A stretch of 64,000 bases of DNA from an uncultured Spirochaetota bacterium (GCA_963820525.1 CAWGAA010000001.1:2368001-2432000); one strand, 5' to 3'; positions 19,085 to 28,285 are shown, counted from the first letter of the stretch. A program made the numbers and translations. The notes: generated from the letters alone by a model not told the origin.

Positions 19085-19717
19085 ATGCCAGTCAAGCACC
19101 CGTTTCTTCTGTATCTCCGCTCCCGGCTGAACCTCTGGGTCTCTGCGGCCGCCGCGGGCCTCATCATCGCCGCGGCGGTCTTCCTGGGCTCCTGGCTCCT
19201 TGCGGCGGCCATCCTCGTCCTTTTCGCGTACCTCGTCGCCACCTTCCTCCTGTTCTTCTCGCACAGGGGCGCCCGGGAAGTCGTCGAGGAAAGCGAGCAG
19301 GACAGAATGAAGAAGGTTCGGGAGAAAATCGACTATTACGCTCGAATGCGGGAACAAATCGCAGTTCTGCGCGTTGGAGACGAGGCCATGAGAAAGAGCC
19401 TGGAGTACTTTCTCCTCGAATCCGGCGCGTACATAGAGAAATGCCGCCAGGCCGGACTCTATTCCCCCCGGGCGAACAAGAGGATCGAGGACGCGCTGGA
19501 GATCTGCCAGGCTTTTCTCGGGGAGCTGGACGAGAGCTCCACGGAAAAACGCTACGGCGTGCGGGATGGGGAGAGCTTCGAGGAGTTCGCAAAGAGGTCA
19601 GTGGATGCGGTGATGGCGGCCGGCTCGGACATCAAGGAGTGGACCACCGAGGACCTCATCGGCCTGAGCGCCCAGGACAGGCTGTCCATCATCGAGGAGC
19701 TGGAAGGGAAAAAATGA
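19085..19717 (+). CDS. Hypothetical membrane protein (two N-terminal TM helices and a charged helical domain)
   Basis: Hydrophobic residues about 16-60 followed by an E/K/R-rich helical region; stop overlaps the next start (ATGA). Confidence 0.75.
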   Translation: MPVKHPFLLYLRSRLNLWVSAAAAGLIIAAAVFLGSWLLAAAILVLFAYLVATFLLFFSHRGAREVVEESEQDRMKKVREKIDYYARMREQIAVLRVGDEAMRKSLEYFLLESGAYIEKCRQAGLYSPRANKRIEDALEICQAFLGELDESSTEKRYGVRDGESFEEFAKRSVDAVMAAGSDIKEWTTEDLIGLSAQDRLSIIEELEGKK

Positions 19718-21339
19718 GCAGAAGGTTTGCCCCGGTTGTTCTCGCGTTCTGTCTGGCGGCGAGCGCCGCATTCGGCCTGGACGTCCGGCTCAACTCCGCG
19801 GAGATGGACGTCGTGGTGCGTCCGGACGGCAAAGCCGCCGTATTCGAGAGCCTCGACTGGATGGCTTCCGGCGGTCAGATGCACGGGTTCTACTTCCAGG
19901 GGGCGGCCGCCCCGCCCGTCTTCAACCTGGACCAGTGCCACGCCGACCTGGCGGGGGGGACGCGCGTCGGCCTCCAGATCTCGGACCTGGGCTCCGGCAA
20001 ATACGACGTCGTGCTGGCGGGCGGCCGCGGATTCAGCGGCTCCGCCATGTACTTCCTCAACTACGGCCAGGACCTGGCGAGGACAAAGCTCATCGGCACC
20101 ACCGAGTCGAGCCAGCTGGGAAAGCTCTTCTACTTCGACTGGGCGCCGGAGGAGTGGGAGTATCCAATGGACCACAGGACGGTCCGGGTTGTCCTCCCCA
20201 TCAAGACGGGAAGCGATGTCGGCCAGGCTCTCATCGACAAGATCGACCTTCGCACCGAGCCGTACGTCAACCAGGAGAACAAGATCGACTACTTCGGCAG
20301 CAAGGGAAGCGACGGCTCGTACTATCTCACCATCCGATTCCACCAGCAGAGCGTCGCCCCGAGGCAGAGCCAGCGGATCCAGTTCTACATCAAGGCGGAT
20401 CAGGTGCCCATGACGGTCTCCCTGACGGAGAGCACGCAGGTCCCGCAGGCGGGTGCTCCTTCCGGAAGCCAGGGCGAGACACAGCCGTCAGAGATGTACC
20501 CCGAGCGGACGCGGCTCCTCCCGAACCCCCTCATCTCCGCCCCCTTCCTGGGAGCCCTCATTGTCCTCGAGATCGTTCTCTACCTCCTGAAGGTGAGAGG
20601 ATTCGCAAAGACCGTGGAAAAGGTGGAGAGCATCCGCTGGGCGGGCGACAACTGGATTCCGCCCAAGCTCTACGTCGGCACGTATCAAGTGAAGGGCAAG
20701 ATCGTCAAGGACCTCCACCCCATCGAGGCCGCGCTGCTGTTGGAGCTGCCCCTCGCCCGGGTGGTGGCGATTATGCTTGAAGGCCTCAAGCGTCAGGGCA
20801 TCATCGAGGTGGTCACGGAGGACCCCCTCCAGATCAGGATCCTCACGGCCCGCAAGGCCGAGCACGAGTACGAGGAGCTTTTCCTCCAGGCCTTCGACAC
20901 CAAGGGCAATGTTCTCTCGGGGCTCCTCTCCGACTTCTTCGAGAAGGTGCTGGCCAGGCTCCAGGAAAAGATCTGGGACTGCGACATCGAGGCGACGAAG
21001 GACTTCTATAGAAAGAAGCTCGAGCAGAGGGAGGAAACTGAAGCGGACCGCCTGGAGCCGCACTACTGGTACTGGACCTCCTACCGCTACATCTACTGGA
21101 ACGCGGCCGTCTACCCCCACATCCACCTGCCGGCCGAGTTCTCCTCCGGCTACCAGCAGTTCATGGCATCGGCCTCCTGCTTCAAGGGATGCTTCGCTCC
21201 GGCGCAGGCAATGACGGGCGGAGTCGGCGCCTGCTATTCAGCGTGCCATAACGCCTGCCACTCCGCCTGCCATTCAGCCTGCCATTCGGCCTGCCACTCC
21301 GCCTGTCATTCAGCCTGCGTCTCCGGGGGGGCGCACTGA
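19714..21339 (+). CDS. DUF2207-like single-pass membrane protein with a C-terminal (A-C-H-S)n Cys/His repeat; putative radical SAM target
   Basis: Signal peptide MSRRFAPVVLAFCLAASAAFG, extracytoplasmic domain (V.V.PDG.A.V.E; W..P.....V.V.LP), one TM, DL.P.EAALLL/G.IEV/YE..FL..F region, tail ACYSACHNACHSACHSACHSACHSACHSACVSGGAH. Confidence 0.8.
   Translation: MSRRFAPVVLAFCLAASAAFGLDVRLNSAEMDVVVRPDGKAAVFESLDWMASGGQMHGFYFQGAAAPPVFNLDQCHADLAGGTRVGLQISDLGSGKYDVVLAGGRGFSGSAMYFLNYGQDLARTKLIGTTESSQLGKLFYFDWAPEEWEYPMDHRTVRVVLPIKTGSDVGQALIDKIDLRTEPYVNQENKIDYFGSKGSDGSYYLTIRFHQQSVAPRQSQRIQFYIKADQVPMTVSLTESTQVPQAGAPSGSQGETQPSEMYPERTRLLPNPLISAPFLGALIVLEIVLYLLKVRGFAKTVEKVESIRWAGDNWIPPKLYVGTYQVKGKIVKDLHPIEAALLLELPLARVVAIMLEGLKRQGIIEVVTEDPLQIRILTARKAEHEYEELFLQAFDTKGNVLSGLLSDFFEKVLARLQEKIWDCDIEATKDFYRKKLEQREETEADRLEPHYWYWTSYRYIYWNAAVYPHIHLPAEFSSGYQQFMASASCFKGCFAPAQAMTGGVGACYSACHNACHSACHSACHSACHSACHSACVSGGAH
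21229..21324 (+). repeat. Eight 12-bp coding units encoding A-C-x-x
   Basis: GCCTGCTATTCA GCGTGCCATAAC GCCTGCCACTCC GCCTGCCATTCA GCCTGCCATTCG GCCTGCCACTCC GCCTGTCATTCA GCCTGCGTCTCC. Confidence 0.97.
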
Positions 21340-21341
21340 GA

Positions 21342-22721
21342 ATGACAACGAAGAAAGGCGCCTCCGCGCCGGTAACCGTGGCGGACCTGGCCTGGATAGA
21401 CGAGTTCTACCGTGAAATGCGGCCCTACCTCTTTGTGCGTGAAGAAGACGAAGTGGTGATCCTTCCGCCCAATCAGGTCTACAAGGCCAATTCTTCGGGG
21501 ATAGCCCTGCTCAAGCACCTGGAGCGCGGCCGGAGGATCTCCCGGTTTGCCGGGCTCCAGGATGGAGAGCGGGCGCACCAGGTGAACGACTTCTTCGCCG
21601 ACCTGCGCGACTTCTGCGCCGGCGACACGAGGGGCATGGACTCACGGCCTTCGGTGGAAAGGATCCCCTACACCTTTCACTACACGGCCCTTCCCATTCT
21701 CGGCGAGATCGCCGTCACCTACCGCTGCAACAACTCATGCCTGTTCTGCTACGCCTCGTGCGGCAGCGGCGCTCGCGGCTGCGGCGGCGGCCCCCAGGCG
21801 CTCGGCGGCGCAGGCGGAGAACGCAGCGAGATGACCCTGGCCGAGATCAAGCGGATAATCGACATCTTCAAGACCGAAGCCCATATCCCCTTCTTCTCTT
21901 TTACGGGAGGCGAGCCGCTCCTGAGGAGGGATCTGGAGGAGATGATCCGCTATGCCCGCGCAATAGGATTGCGGGTCAACCTCATCACCAATGCGACGAT
22001 GGCGGATCCCTCACGGTCGCGCCGGCTCCGCAAGAGCGGCCTCACCACTGCCCAGGTAAGCGTTGAAAGCCCCGACGAAGAGATCCACGACCGTCTCACG
22101 GCCAGTCCCGGCTCCTTCCGCCGGACCCTCCAGGGAATCAGAAGCCTTCAGGAGGCGGGTATCGCGGTGCAGACCAACACCACCATCACGGCGGCAAACG
22201 CCGGTTCGGCGCCGCAGATGCCCGCGTTCCTCGCCGGCCGGGGAGTGAGCCGCTTCGCAATGAACCTCTACATCCCCGTCTCCGCCGGCGGGGCGCACAA
22301 CGGCTTGTTCTTTCCCTACTCTTCAATCGGCCCCGTGATCGAGTCGGTGCGGGCGGCCGCGCTTGGCCGGGGCCTCACCTTCTATTGGTATTCACCCGTT
22401 CCGCACTGCATCTACAATCCGATCGCAAAGGGGCTGGGAAACAAGTCGTGCGCAGCGATGGACGGGCTTCTGTCGGTATCGCCTTCGGGGGAGGTCCTTC
22501 CCTGCTCTTCCTACCCCCGGTCGATGGGCAGCCTTCTGACGAAGAGCTTCCGCGATGTGTGGTTCTCCGCGGAGGCGGCCCATTTCAAGAACAAGGAATA
22601 CGCTCCCGCCTGCTGCGCGGGCTGCGAGAGCTTTCGCGCCTGCCAGGCCGCCTGCCCCCTGTACTGGGAGCAGGCGGGAACGGCGGAGATCGCGGGCGCG
22701 CGTTCGCTGAAGGAGGCATGA
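21342..22721 (+). CDS. Radical SAM/SPASM-domain protein with a PqqD/RRE-like N-terminal extension
   Basis: CNNSCLFC (CX3CX2C), FTGGEPLLR, SPASM C...SPSGEVLPC...MG.L...W...CAGCESFRACQAAC (CX2CX5CX3C); about 110 extra N-terminal residues. Confidence 0.93.
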   Translation: MTTKKGASAPVTVADLAWIDEFYREMRPYLFVREEDEVVILPPNQVYKANSSGIALLKHLERGRRISRFAGLQDGERAHQVNDFFADLRDFCAGDTRGMDSRPSVERIPYTFHYTALPILGEIAVTYRCNNSCLFCYASCGSGARGCGGGPQALGGAGGERSEMTLAEIKRIIDIFKTEAHIPFFSFTGGEPLLRRDLEEMIRYARAIGLRVNLITNATMADPSRSRRLRKSGLTTAQVSVESPDEEIHDRLTASPGSFRRTLQGIRSLQEAGIAVQTNTTITAANAGSAPQMPAFLAGRGVSRFAMNLYIPVSAGGAHNGLFFPYSSIGPVIESVRAAALGRGLTFYWYSPVPHCIYNPIAKGLGNKSCAAMDGLLSVSPSGEVLPCSSYPRSMGSLLTKSFRDVWFSAEAAHFKNKEYAPACCAGCESFRACQAACPLYWEQAGTAEIAGARSLKEA

Positions 22722-23638
22722 AGAAAATGCTGCTCGCCTACACGATCCCCAAGGTCCCGCTTACCGTCCGCCTCCTTCTCTTCGCCGCATTCGCGGCGGC
22801 GGGAGCAGCGGTCCAGCTCCTCCTGGGCGACTTCGGCGTCTTTCTGGGCGCCATCCTGATGGTACCGGGGCTCATCTTCGTCTGGGCAAAGGGCTATCGG
22901 AACAAGCCGGTTGACCTCGGCTTCCAGGACTGGCAGCCCGTTTCAGCCGCCGAGTTCGGAAGGATCAAGAGCAATCTTGCATTCACGCGAAAGGGGCGCT
23001 ACTCAGTGATCTACAAGCCGGGATTCGGGGTCTTCATCATCATCGCCCTGGGAATCCTCGCGCTCGTGTTCCTCTTTTCGGAGGCCGCCCTGGCCGCCCT
23101 GTTCTCCTTCGACGCGGCCGTGCTCCTCCTCCCCTTCCTCTTCTCCGGCAACGTGAGGCTGTGGACGCCGCAGGAGCTCGCCTTCAAGATGCACGGCTTC
23201 GATACAATCGTCGGATCCGAGCCGACTGAAGGCGGCGACATCATCATCACCCCGTACCTCCGCCTGGACAAGGACAAGGAGGGGAGGAGGATACCTGAGG
23301 ACATCCGCCTCATGGTGGAGCCGCGCAGGAAGCCCGCAGACTTCCTGGGAGTGCAGTTCCAGGTTGCCATCAACAAGGGCCCCAACGGGCCAGTGCCGTA
23401 CATGTACGCCGTATTCCTCTGCAAGGGTAAGGGAGAATCATTCAGTTGGGTCGATTCCCAGCGCTTCTCCGGCATGGAGCAGGAGCCGGGAGGGGACAAG
23501 GAGTACGGCTATGTCGTGGTCCGCCAGAAAACCTCGGGAACGGGCTATCACACGACCGACTCCGACATCAAGAGGCTCTACGGCATCGTCAAGGAAAAGC
23601 TCCTCGCGATGAAAGGCGGCGACAAGGCGGCCAATTAG
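22718..23638 (+). CDS. Hypothetical polytopic membrane protein (about 4 TM plus soluble C-terminal domain)
   Basis: AGGAGG RBS, ATGA overlap with the radical SAM stop, two hydrophobic hairpins. Confidence 0.78.
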   Translation: MKKMLLAYTIPKVPLTVRLLLFAAFAAAGAAVQLLLGDFGVFLGAILMVPGLIFVWAKGYRNKPVDLGFQDWQPVSAAEFGRIKSNLAFTRKGRYSVIYKPGFGVFIIIALGILALVFLFSEAALAALFSFDAAVLLLPFLFSGNVRLWTPQELAFKMHGFDTIVGSEPTEGGDIIITPYLRLDKDKEGRRIPEDIRLMVEPRRKPADFLGVQFQVAINKGPNGPVPYMYAVFLCKGKGESFSWVDSQRFSGMEQEPGGDKEYGYVVVRQKTSGTGYHTTDSDIKRLYGIVKEKLLAMKGGDKAAN

Positions 23639-23722
23639 GTCCGCAGCCCTGCTGCGCGCGGCTCCAACCGCAGGCAAGTCCGCACGCTGCCGCAAGGGCG
23701 CCGCGCCTGCGCGCAGCTGCGG

Positions 23723-26261
23723 CTACCTCGCTTTTATCTTGCAGGCGAGATCCTTGCTGAAGGCAGGAACGTCCAGGGTCAGCGCACCGTCCCGGGCGGT
23801 CAGGGTCTGCTCGGAAACAAGCCTTCCGGTCTGGGGGTCCCAAAGCTGGACGCTCCACTTTGAAGAGGCGGAATCCTCAGCGCGGCCTCCATCTCCGCCC
23901 GAGCCGCCCGCCGATGCTCCGGCTTTCAGGCCGACGGGGATGTCGATGGTGAATCCCTCCAGGGTCGGAAAGACCACGTTGCCCAGGCCCTCGCTGATCG
24001 CCAGATCCTCGAAGCCCTGATACGAATAATGGGAATCCTTGATCCAGACGAAGCTCTCCTCCGGCCCGGAAAGCCGATAGATACGGACTCCGGTGCGCTT
24101 TTCCATCGGGGCGGGCGCCAGATTCATCCCCGCAAGGTCCATCGCCGGCGAGGAACCGGGAGAGGGCCCGAATTGTCCGTAGAGATCGTTCGGCTCGATG
24201 TACTGGTCCCACCACCACAGCATCCCCCCGGCGGCAGCCCCGGCCATGAAGCTTCCCCACATCCCGTCATGGAGGATGATTCCCTCCTTGTCCGGGATAT
24301 CGCCGCTGATGCCGTACTCCCCGAAGAAAAAGGGCTTGTCGGCGTCGGATCTGGCCTTGTCCGTTTCACGCTTCATGTATGCGGCCCAATCGCCCAGGCT
24401 GTACTTGTGCTCCTGCACGAAATCCATCATCTGCCAGGACGGATCGTCGGCCGAAACGGGAATGGAGTAGCTGTTGCTCACCATGTGCCTGCCCAGATCC
24501 AGGCTCCTGATGCCGTCTGCCGTCTCTTTCAGCCAAGGGACCCAGTCGGGGGAGCCAATGACGCCATCCGCGAAGTTCACCTCGTTCCACAGCTCCCAGG
24601 CGAAGATGTGCGTGCTGTAGCCCCAACGCGAGACGATATAGCGCATCCGCTGCATGAAGAGCTTTTTCGCCCTCGGGTCCGAGAGGAATTGCGCAGGCGT
24701 ATCCAGGAATCCCCCCGCGGCCCTGTTGTAGGGATTGGACTGCCACTCCGGATTCGTCCCCGTGCTGAACGCGCCGTGATTGAGCAGGCAGAGCATGAGG
24801 TAGATGCCCTTCTTCCCGGCGAGGTCCACTACAGAGTCGAGCTCCCATGCCTGGCGCTGCCGCGCCGAATAATCGCCTAGCCCCGTGTCCGACCACTCCT
24901 GGGCAAAGCCCCAGCTTGCAAACCAGATCCGCGCGTAATTGGCGCCCGCGCCGCCCATTTTTCCGAACCAGAGGTCGTAGGCGGAGATGCCGCGCGGGTC
25001 GTACCAGGCGACGTTGCTGCCGATGGGAAAGAATGTTCCCCCCCGCTGGAACTCGAAGTAGTGGCGGTCCCGCGTCGAGACATGGATGTAGCCTCGATCC
25101 GAGCCGGCAATCGTGTCGAAGCTGCGCAGATCCGATTCAACCGCTTGTTCCGGGGCCGGGGAGGCGCTCCCCGATTGTAGCTGCCTCCATTTCCGCGCCA
25201 CGAGCTTGTACGACCACTTCCCTTCTTCGCTCGGCGCGAATCTGACCTTCCACCAACCGTCCCCCTCGGGCCTGATTGACTCCTGCGAGACGGACGTGTC
25301 CCGCGCAAAAGGGACATACCAGAACGCCGGAACGCGCGAGGTCTTGCCGGACGGCGAGGTGAACAGGGCATCGAGAGTGAGCTCCGCCGGATCGTAGGGA
25401 TTGGCCGCGCGAAGGGAGAAGCTCGGCGTCGATCTCGAACTTCTCGAACACGGGAACTCTTGCCGCAGCCATGATCGAGCTGAACGCGAAGGCCTGCCCC
25501 GCGGCGGGAGACCCCGTGGCGGGAGATTCCGGAGCCCGCCGGGCCGATGGGGCCCCTCGCGCGGAAATGAGACGCAGGTTGTCGAAGAGCACGCTCCCGG
25601 CCGGGTTTTCAAGGCCGGTAATGGAAAAGCCGATCAGCGAAACGTTCTGGGCATTGCGAATGTCGGCCACTCTCCTGCCCGAGGTCTCGGGAGAGCTGAA
25701 TGTCCGGCCGTGGAAGTCGAAGGAGAGCGTGGACGTTGAGTGAGGCACGATGCTGAATACCTGTGACCTCTGGGCCGATCCATCCTGGCCGGCCTCCAGG
25801 AAAAGGGAGATCATGAGCCTTTCGGTGCAGCGGCTGACCACGTCTATCTCCAGGCCATCCACCCTGCTCCAATCCTGCGGGGGCGTCAGCCTGCGAAAGA
25901 AGTCCACGGATGCGAGGCCGGTGATGGCAAAGCTCACCTCCAGGGCGCCCGAACCCTCGGTCTGGCCCTCGCGCACGATCCGCAGCGATGCCTGCGCCTT
26001 GCCCTCGGATCTCACCTTGAGGGATGCACCCGCTTCGAAGGGTCCCTGCGCCGATTTCCATCCCGACTCCACATCGAAGCTGTCCCACGGTATTCGATCC
26101 AGCGGTGTCCCCCTCCCTGGCGCCTCTGCTCCCGGCGCCGCCAGACCAGGCGCCTCCGGAGAGGTTCCACAGCCCGCCATCGCCGCGAAAACGAGAAGGC
26201 CCGCAAGGGCGGGAAGCGATGTCCCGCCGCGCGTCGCGCGGGTGTGTTTGGATGGGCTCAT
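23723..26261 (-). pseudogene. Frameshifted lipoprotein glycoside hydrolase (CBM-like domain, DUF5060-like Ig domain, clan GH-A catalytic domain); pseudogene or sequence error
   Basis: Lipobox AMAGC in ORF 25137-26360; VPVFEKFEIDAE continues as ..LRAANPYDP in ORF 23723-25612; WELWNEV and GEYG catalytic motifs. Confidence 0.75.
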
Positions 26262-26308
26262 GCTGTCATTCTTTCCAAGGTTGTCGGCGCCGCTTGAGCA
26301 AGTCTTTC

Positions 26309-28285
26309 CTACTTCACGCGCTCGCCGATAATCTCGATCTCCCACAGGGAGAATCCCCATTGGGTGCCGCGGACCTTCGCGTCAAGCTTCACGGAGCGCA
26401 CCTTCGCGGGCGCGAGCGCCACCTCGTCGATTCCGCCGTCCGAATCCGCCACGCTTGCGAGGAGGGTCCAACTCTCCCCATCGGCGCTTCCCAGGATATC
26501 GTAGAGCTTGCCGTAAGCGGCCTCCCAAGCGAGGACCGCCTTCGTCACCGTGAATGTGCCCTGGAGGTCGATGACCAGCCACTGGCCGTCCTTGTACTCG
26601 CTGGACCAGCGGGTCTTGGGATTCCCGTCGTTTGCGTATGCGGCCAGGCTTTCCGTGTTCTCCACGCTGCTCGCGACGACCGGCTTCAGAAGCGCCACAT
26701 TGCCGCGATCCGGATCGATGACATGAATCATGAAGCTTGCCGGCGTCTCATTGTCAGCCTTGTCCCGCGCGATCAGGGAGACGGGGATGCTTCCGAGCTT
26801 CCCCGCTCCGGCGAGGGTGACGGAGAGCTTCCCCGCCGGGCTCAGCGAAAGGGAGGCAACCTGCGAGTCCCCCGGTACGACAAGGGCGAAGGTGATGTCT
26901 GAGCCGTCCTCCGGATCCTGGACAAAGGCTTTCAGGTCAAGGACGTCGGGCCAGGAGCGCTGCGCCACGTTCAGGATAAGATCCGTGAGCGGCTTTACAA
27001 CCCGGGGACCGCGGTCCAGTCCCGAACGATCCAGGGCGATGAAGCTTGCGTAGTCCTCGCTGATTCCGCTCATGGCATCGGCGCAGTGGAAGAACCCGCC
27101 ATATCCGTCGTGGTTGGTCATTGTCCAGGAAAGGGCGCCCGCGTACCCGTTTTCGATGGCGTAGCGGTACGCTTCCTCGCTCGACAACCGGCTCTTCGGG
27201 GCGAATCCGCTGTGACCCGTGATCGGAACGATCCCCTTGGCGGGGAACTCCGCGATCACCAGCGGCTTATCAAGGCCCCAGTGGCTCTTGGGGTTGTGAA
27301 AGGGCGAGAGCCCCTCGTCGAAGTATTCGGGATAGTAATGCACGGAGTAAAAATCCAGAACGCCATCCTTGTCGCCCCCGGCCTCGATCAAGCGGTCGTC
27401 GCGGTAGTAGTTGATCAGGCCGCCGATGTCGGTGGCCACCTGGATATTCCAGCTTCCGTTCGTGACGAGGCTGCCGGGAGCCTCGCGATGGATGGCTCCC
27501 GCCACCCTGTTGATGAAGCCCTGCACCGCCTCCATCGAAGTGCGCTTGGATGTCCATCCGAAAGAGGGGAGCATCCCCTCCGGCTCGTTGAAGACTTCCC
27601 ACGCAATCAGGCCGGGATGGCTTTTCACCCTTCGCACCAGGGGCAAGAGGGCCCTGTCGATGAAGGCCTTCGTCGCGGCCGGATCCTCGATCAGCCTGAC
27701 GTTTCTGGCAAGATCGGCGCCGGCCTGCTTTTGCAGAAGGTCGAAGGACCAGAGACAGAGGATGAGGCCGACGCCCCGCTCGAAGGCGATATCCAGGGCA
27801 CGTTTCACAACCAGGATCTGCTCGGGAGCAAGCTCCTTCACGAGCCCGTCCTCCCCGAACGCGGGGGAGCGCGAGCCGTTCACGAAGATCCACCAGCGGA
27901 TGCAATTGCCGCCTGCGGCCGCGATGTTCTCCGCCTGCTCCGTGAACTTCCCTTCATTGAAGCGGTCGAGGTCTTTGGCGTAGTCCATCCACGCCAGATT
28001 CATCCCGTTCAGGAAAATCCTTTTCCCGCTGTGAGGGATGAGGTTGGCAGGGTCGATGGCCGCCCCGCTTGACGCCGGGGCAGGAGCGGGAACCTTGACG
28101 CCGTCCTCGGCGGGCGCGGAGGGAGCCGGGGCTTGGGCGCTCGGCTGCGAAGCGGGCGTGGCCTTCTCTGCGGAGCTTTCGGGCTTGCTCGCGGCCGGCG
28201 CCGAGGCGCACGCGGCAAGAACGGCGATTGCCGCTACGATCGCCGCAGCGCGAAGGCACGTCATCCACGGAAGCCTCATGTCCAT
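26309..28285 (-). CDS. GH5 endo-beta-mannanase-like lipoprotein with C-terminal F5/8 type C (CBM32) domain
   Basis: Lipobox LAAC, NGMNLAW, WEVFNEP, HYY and IAEFP motifs; C-terminal NVAL.KPV.ASS..DGN..TRWSS..W..IDL; located in a mannan locus. Confidence 0.85.
   Translation of the reverse strand: MDMRLPWMTCLRAAAIVAAIAVLAACASAPAASKPESSAEKATPASQPSAQAPAPSAPAEDGVKVPAPAPASSGAAIDPANLIPHSGKRIFLNGMNLAWMDYAKDLDRFNEGKFTEQAENIAAAGGNCIRWWIFVNGSRSPAFGEDGLVKELAPEQILVVKRALDIAFERGVGLILCLWSFDLLQKQAGADLARNVRLIEDPAATKAFIDRALLPLVRRVKSHPGLIAWEVFNEPEGMLPSFGWTSKRTSMEAVQGFINRVAGAIHREAPGSLVTNGSWNIQVATDIGGLINYYRDDRLIEAGGDKDGVLDFYSVHYYPEYFDEGLSPFHNPKSHWGLDKPLVIAEFPAKGIVPITGHSGFAPKSRLSSEEAYRYAIENGYAGALSWTMTNHDGYGGFFHCADAMSGISEDYASFIALDRSGLDRGPRVVKPLTDLILNVAQRSWPDVLDLKAFVQDPEDGSDITFALVVPGDSQVASLSLSPAGKLSVTLAGAGKLGSIPVSLIARDKADNETPASFMIHVIDPDRGNVALLKPVVASSVENTESLAAYANDGNPKTRWSSEYKDGQWLVIDLQGTFTVTKAVLAWEAAYGKLYDILGSADGESWTLLASVADSDGGIDEVALAPAKVRSVKLDAKVRGTQWGFSLWEIEIIGERVK

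Noticed and set aside
19441..19713. Longer N-terminus of the tail-bearing protein given in the ORF track
   Set aside because: It overlaps the upstream gene out of frame; the ATG at 19714 gives a clean signal peptide and ATGA coupling.
21229..21324. CxxxCH read as heme c attachment motifs (multiheme cytochrome)
   Set aside because: The motifs overlap and share Cys, the spacing is non-canonical, and the tail lies after the single TM on the predicted cytoplasmic side, away from cytochrome c maturation.
21229..21324. His-Xaa-Ser (Hxs) repeat system, or a simple microsatellite
   Set aside because: The period is 4 residues with an invariant Cys rather than 3, there is only one radical SAM gene, and synonymous variation argues against slippage.
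21342..22721. Calling the enzyme PqqE, NirJ/Ahb or an anaerobic sulfatase maturase
   Set aside because: No pqq, heme-biosynthesis or sulfatase genes lie nearby; the similarity is only at SPASM-superfamily level.
25405..25430. Programmed ribosomal frameshift in the glycoside hydrolase gene
   Set aside because: No canonical slippery heptamer was seen, and further nearby indels point to sequence error or decay.
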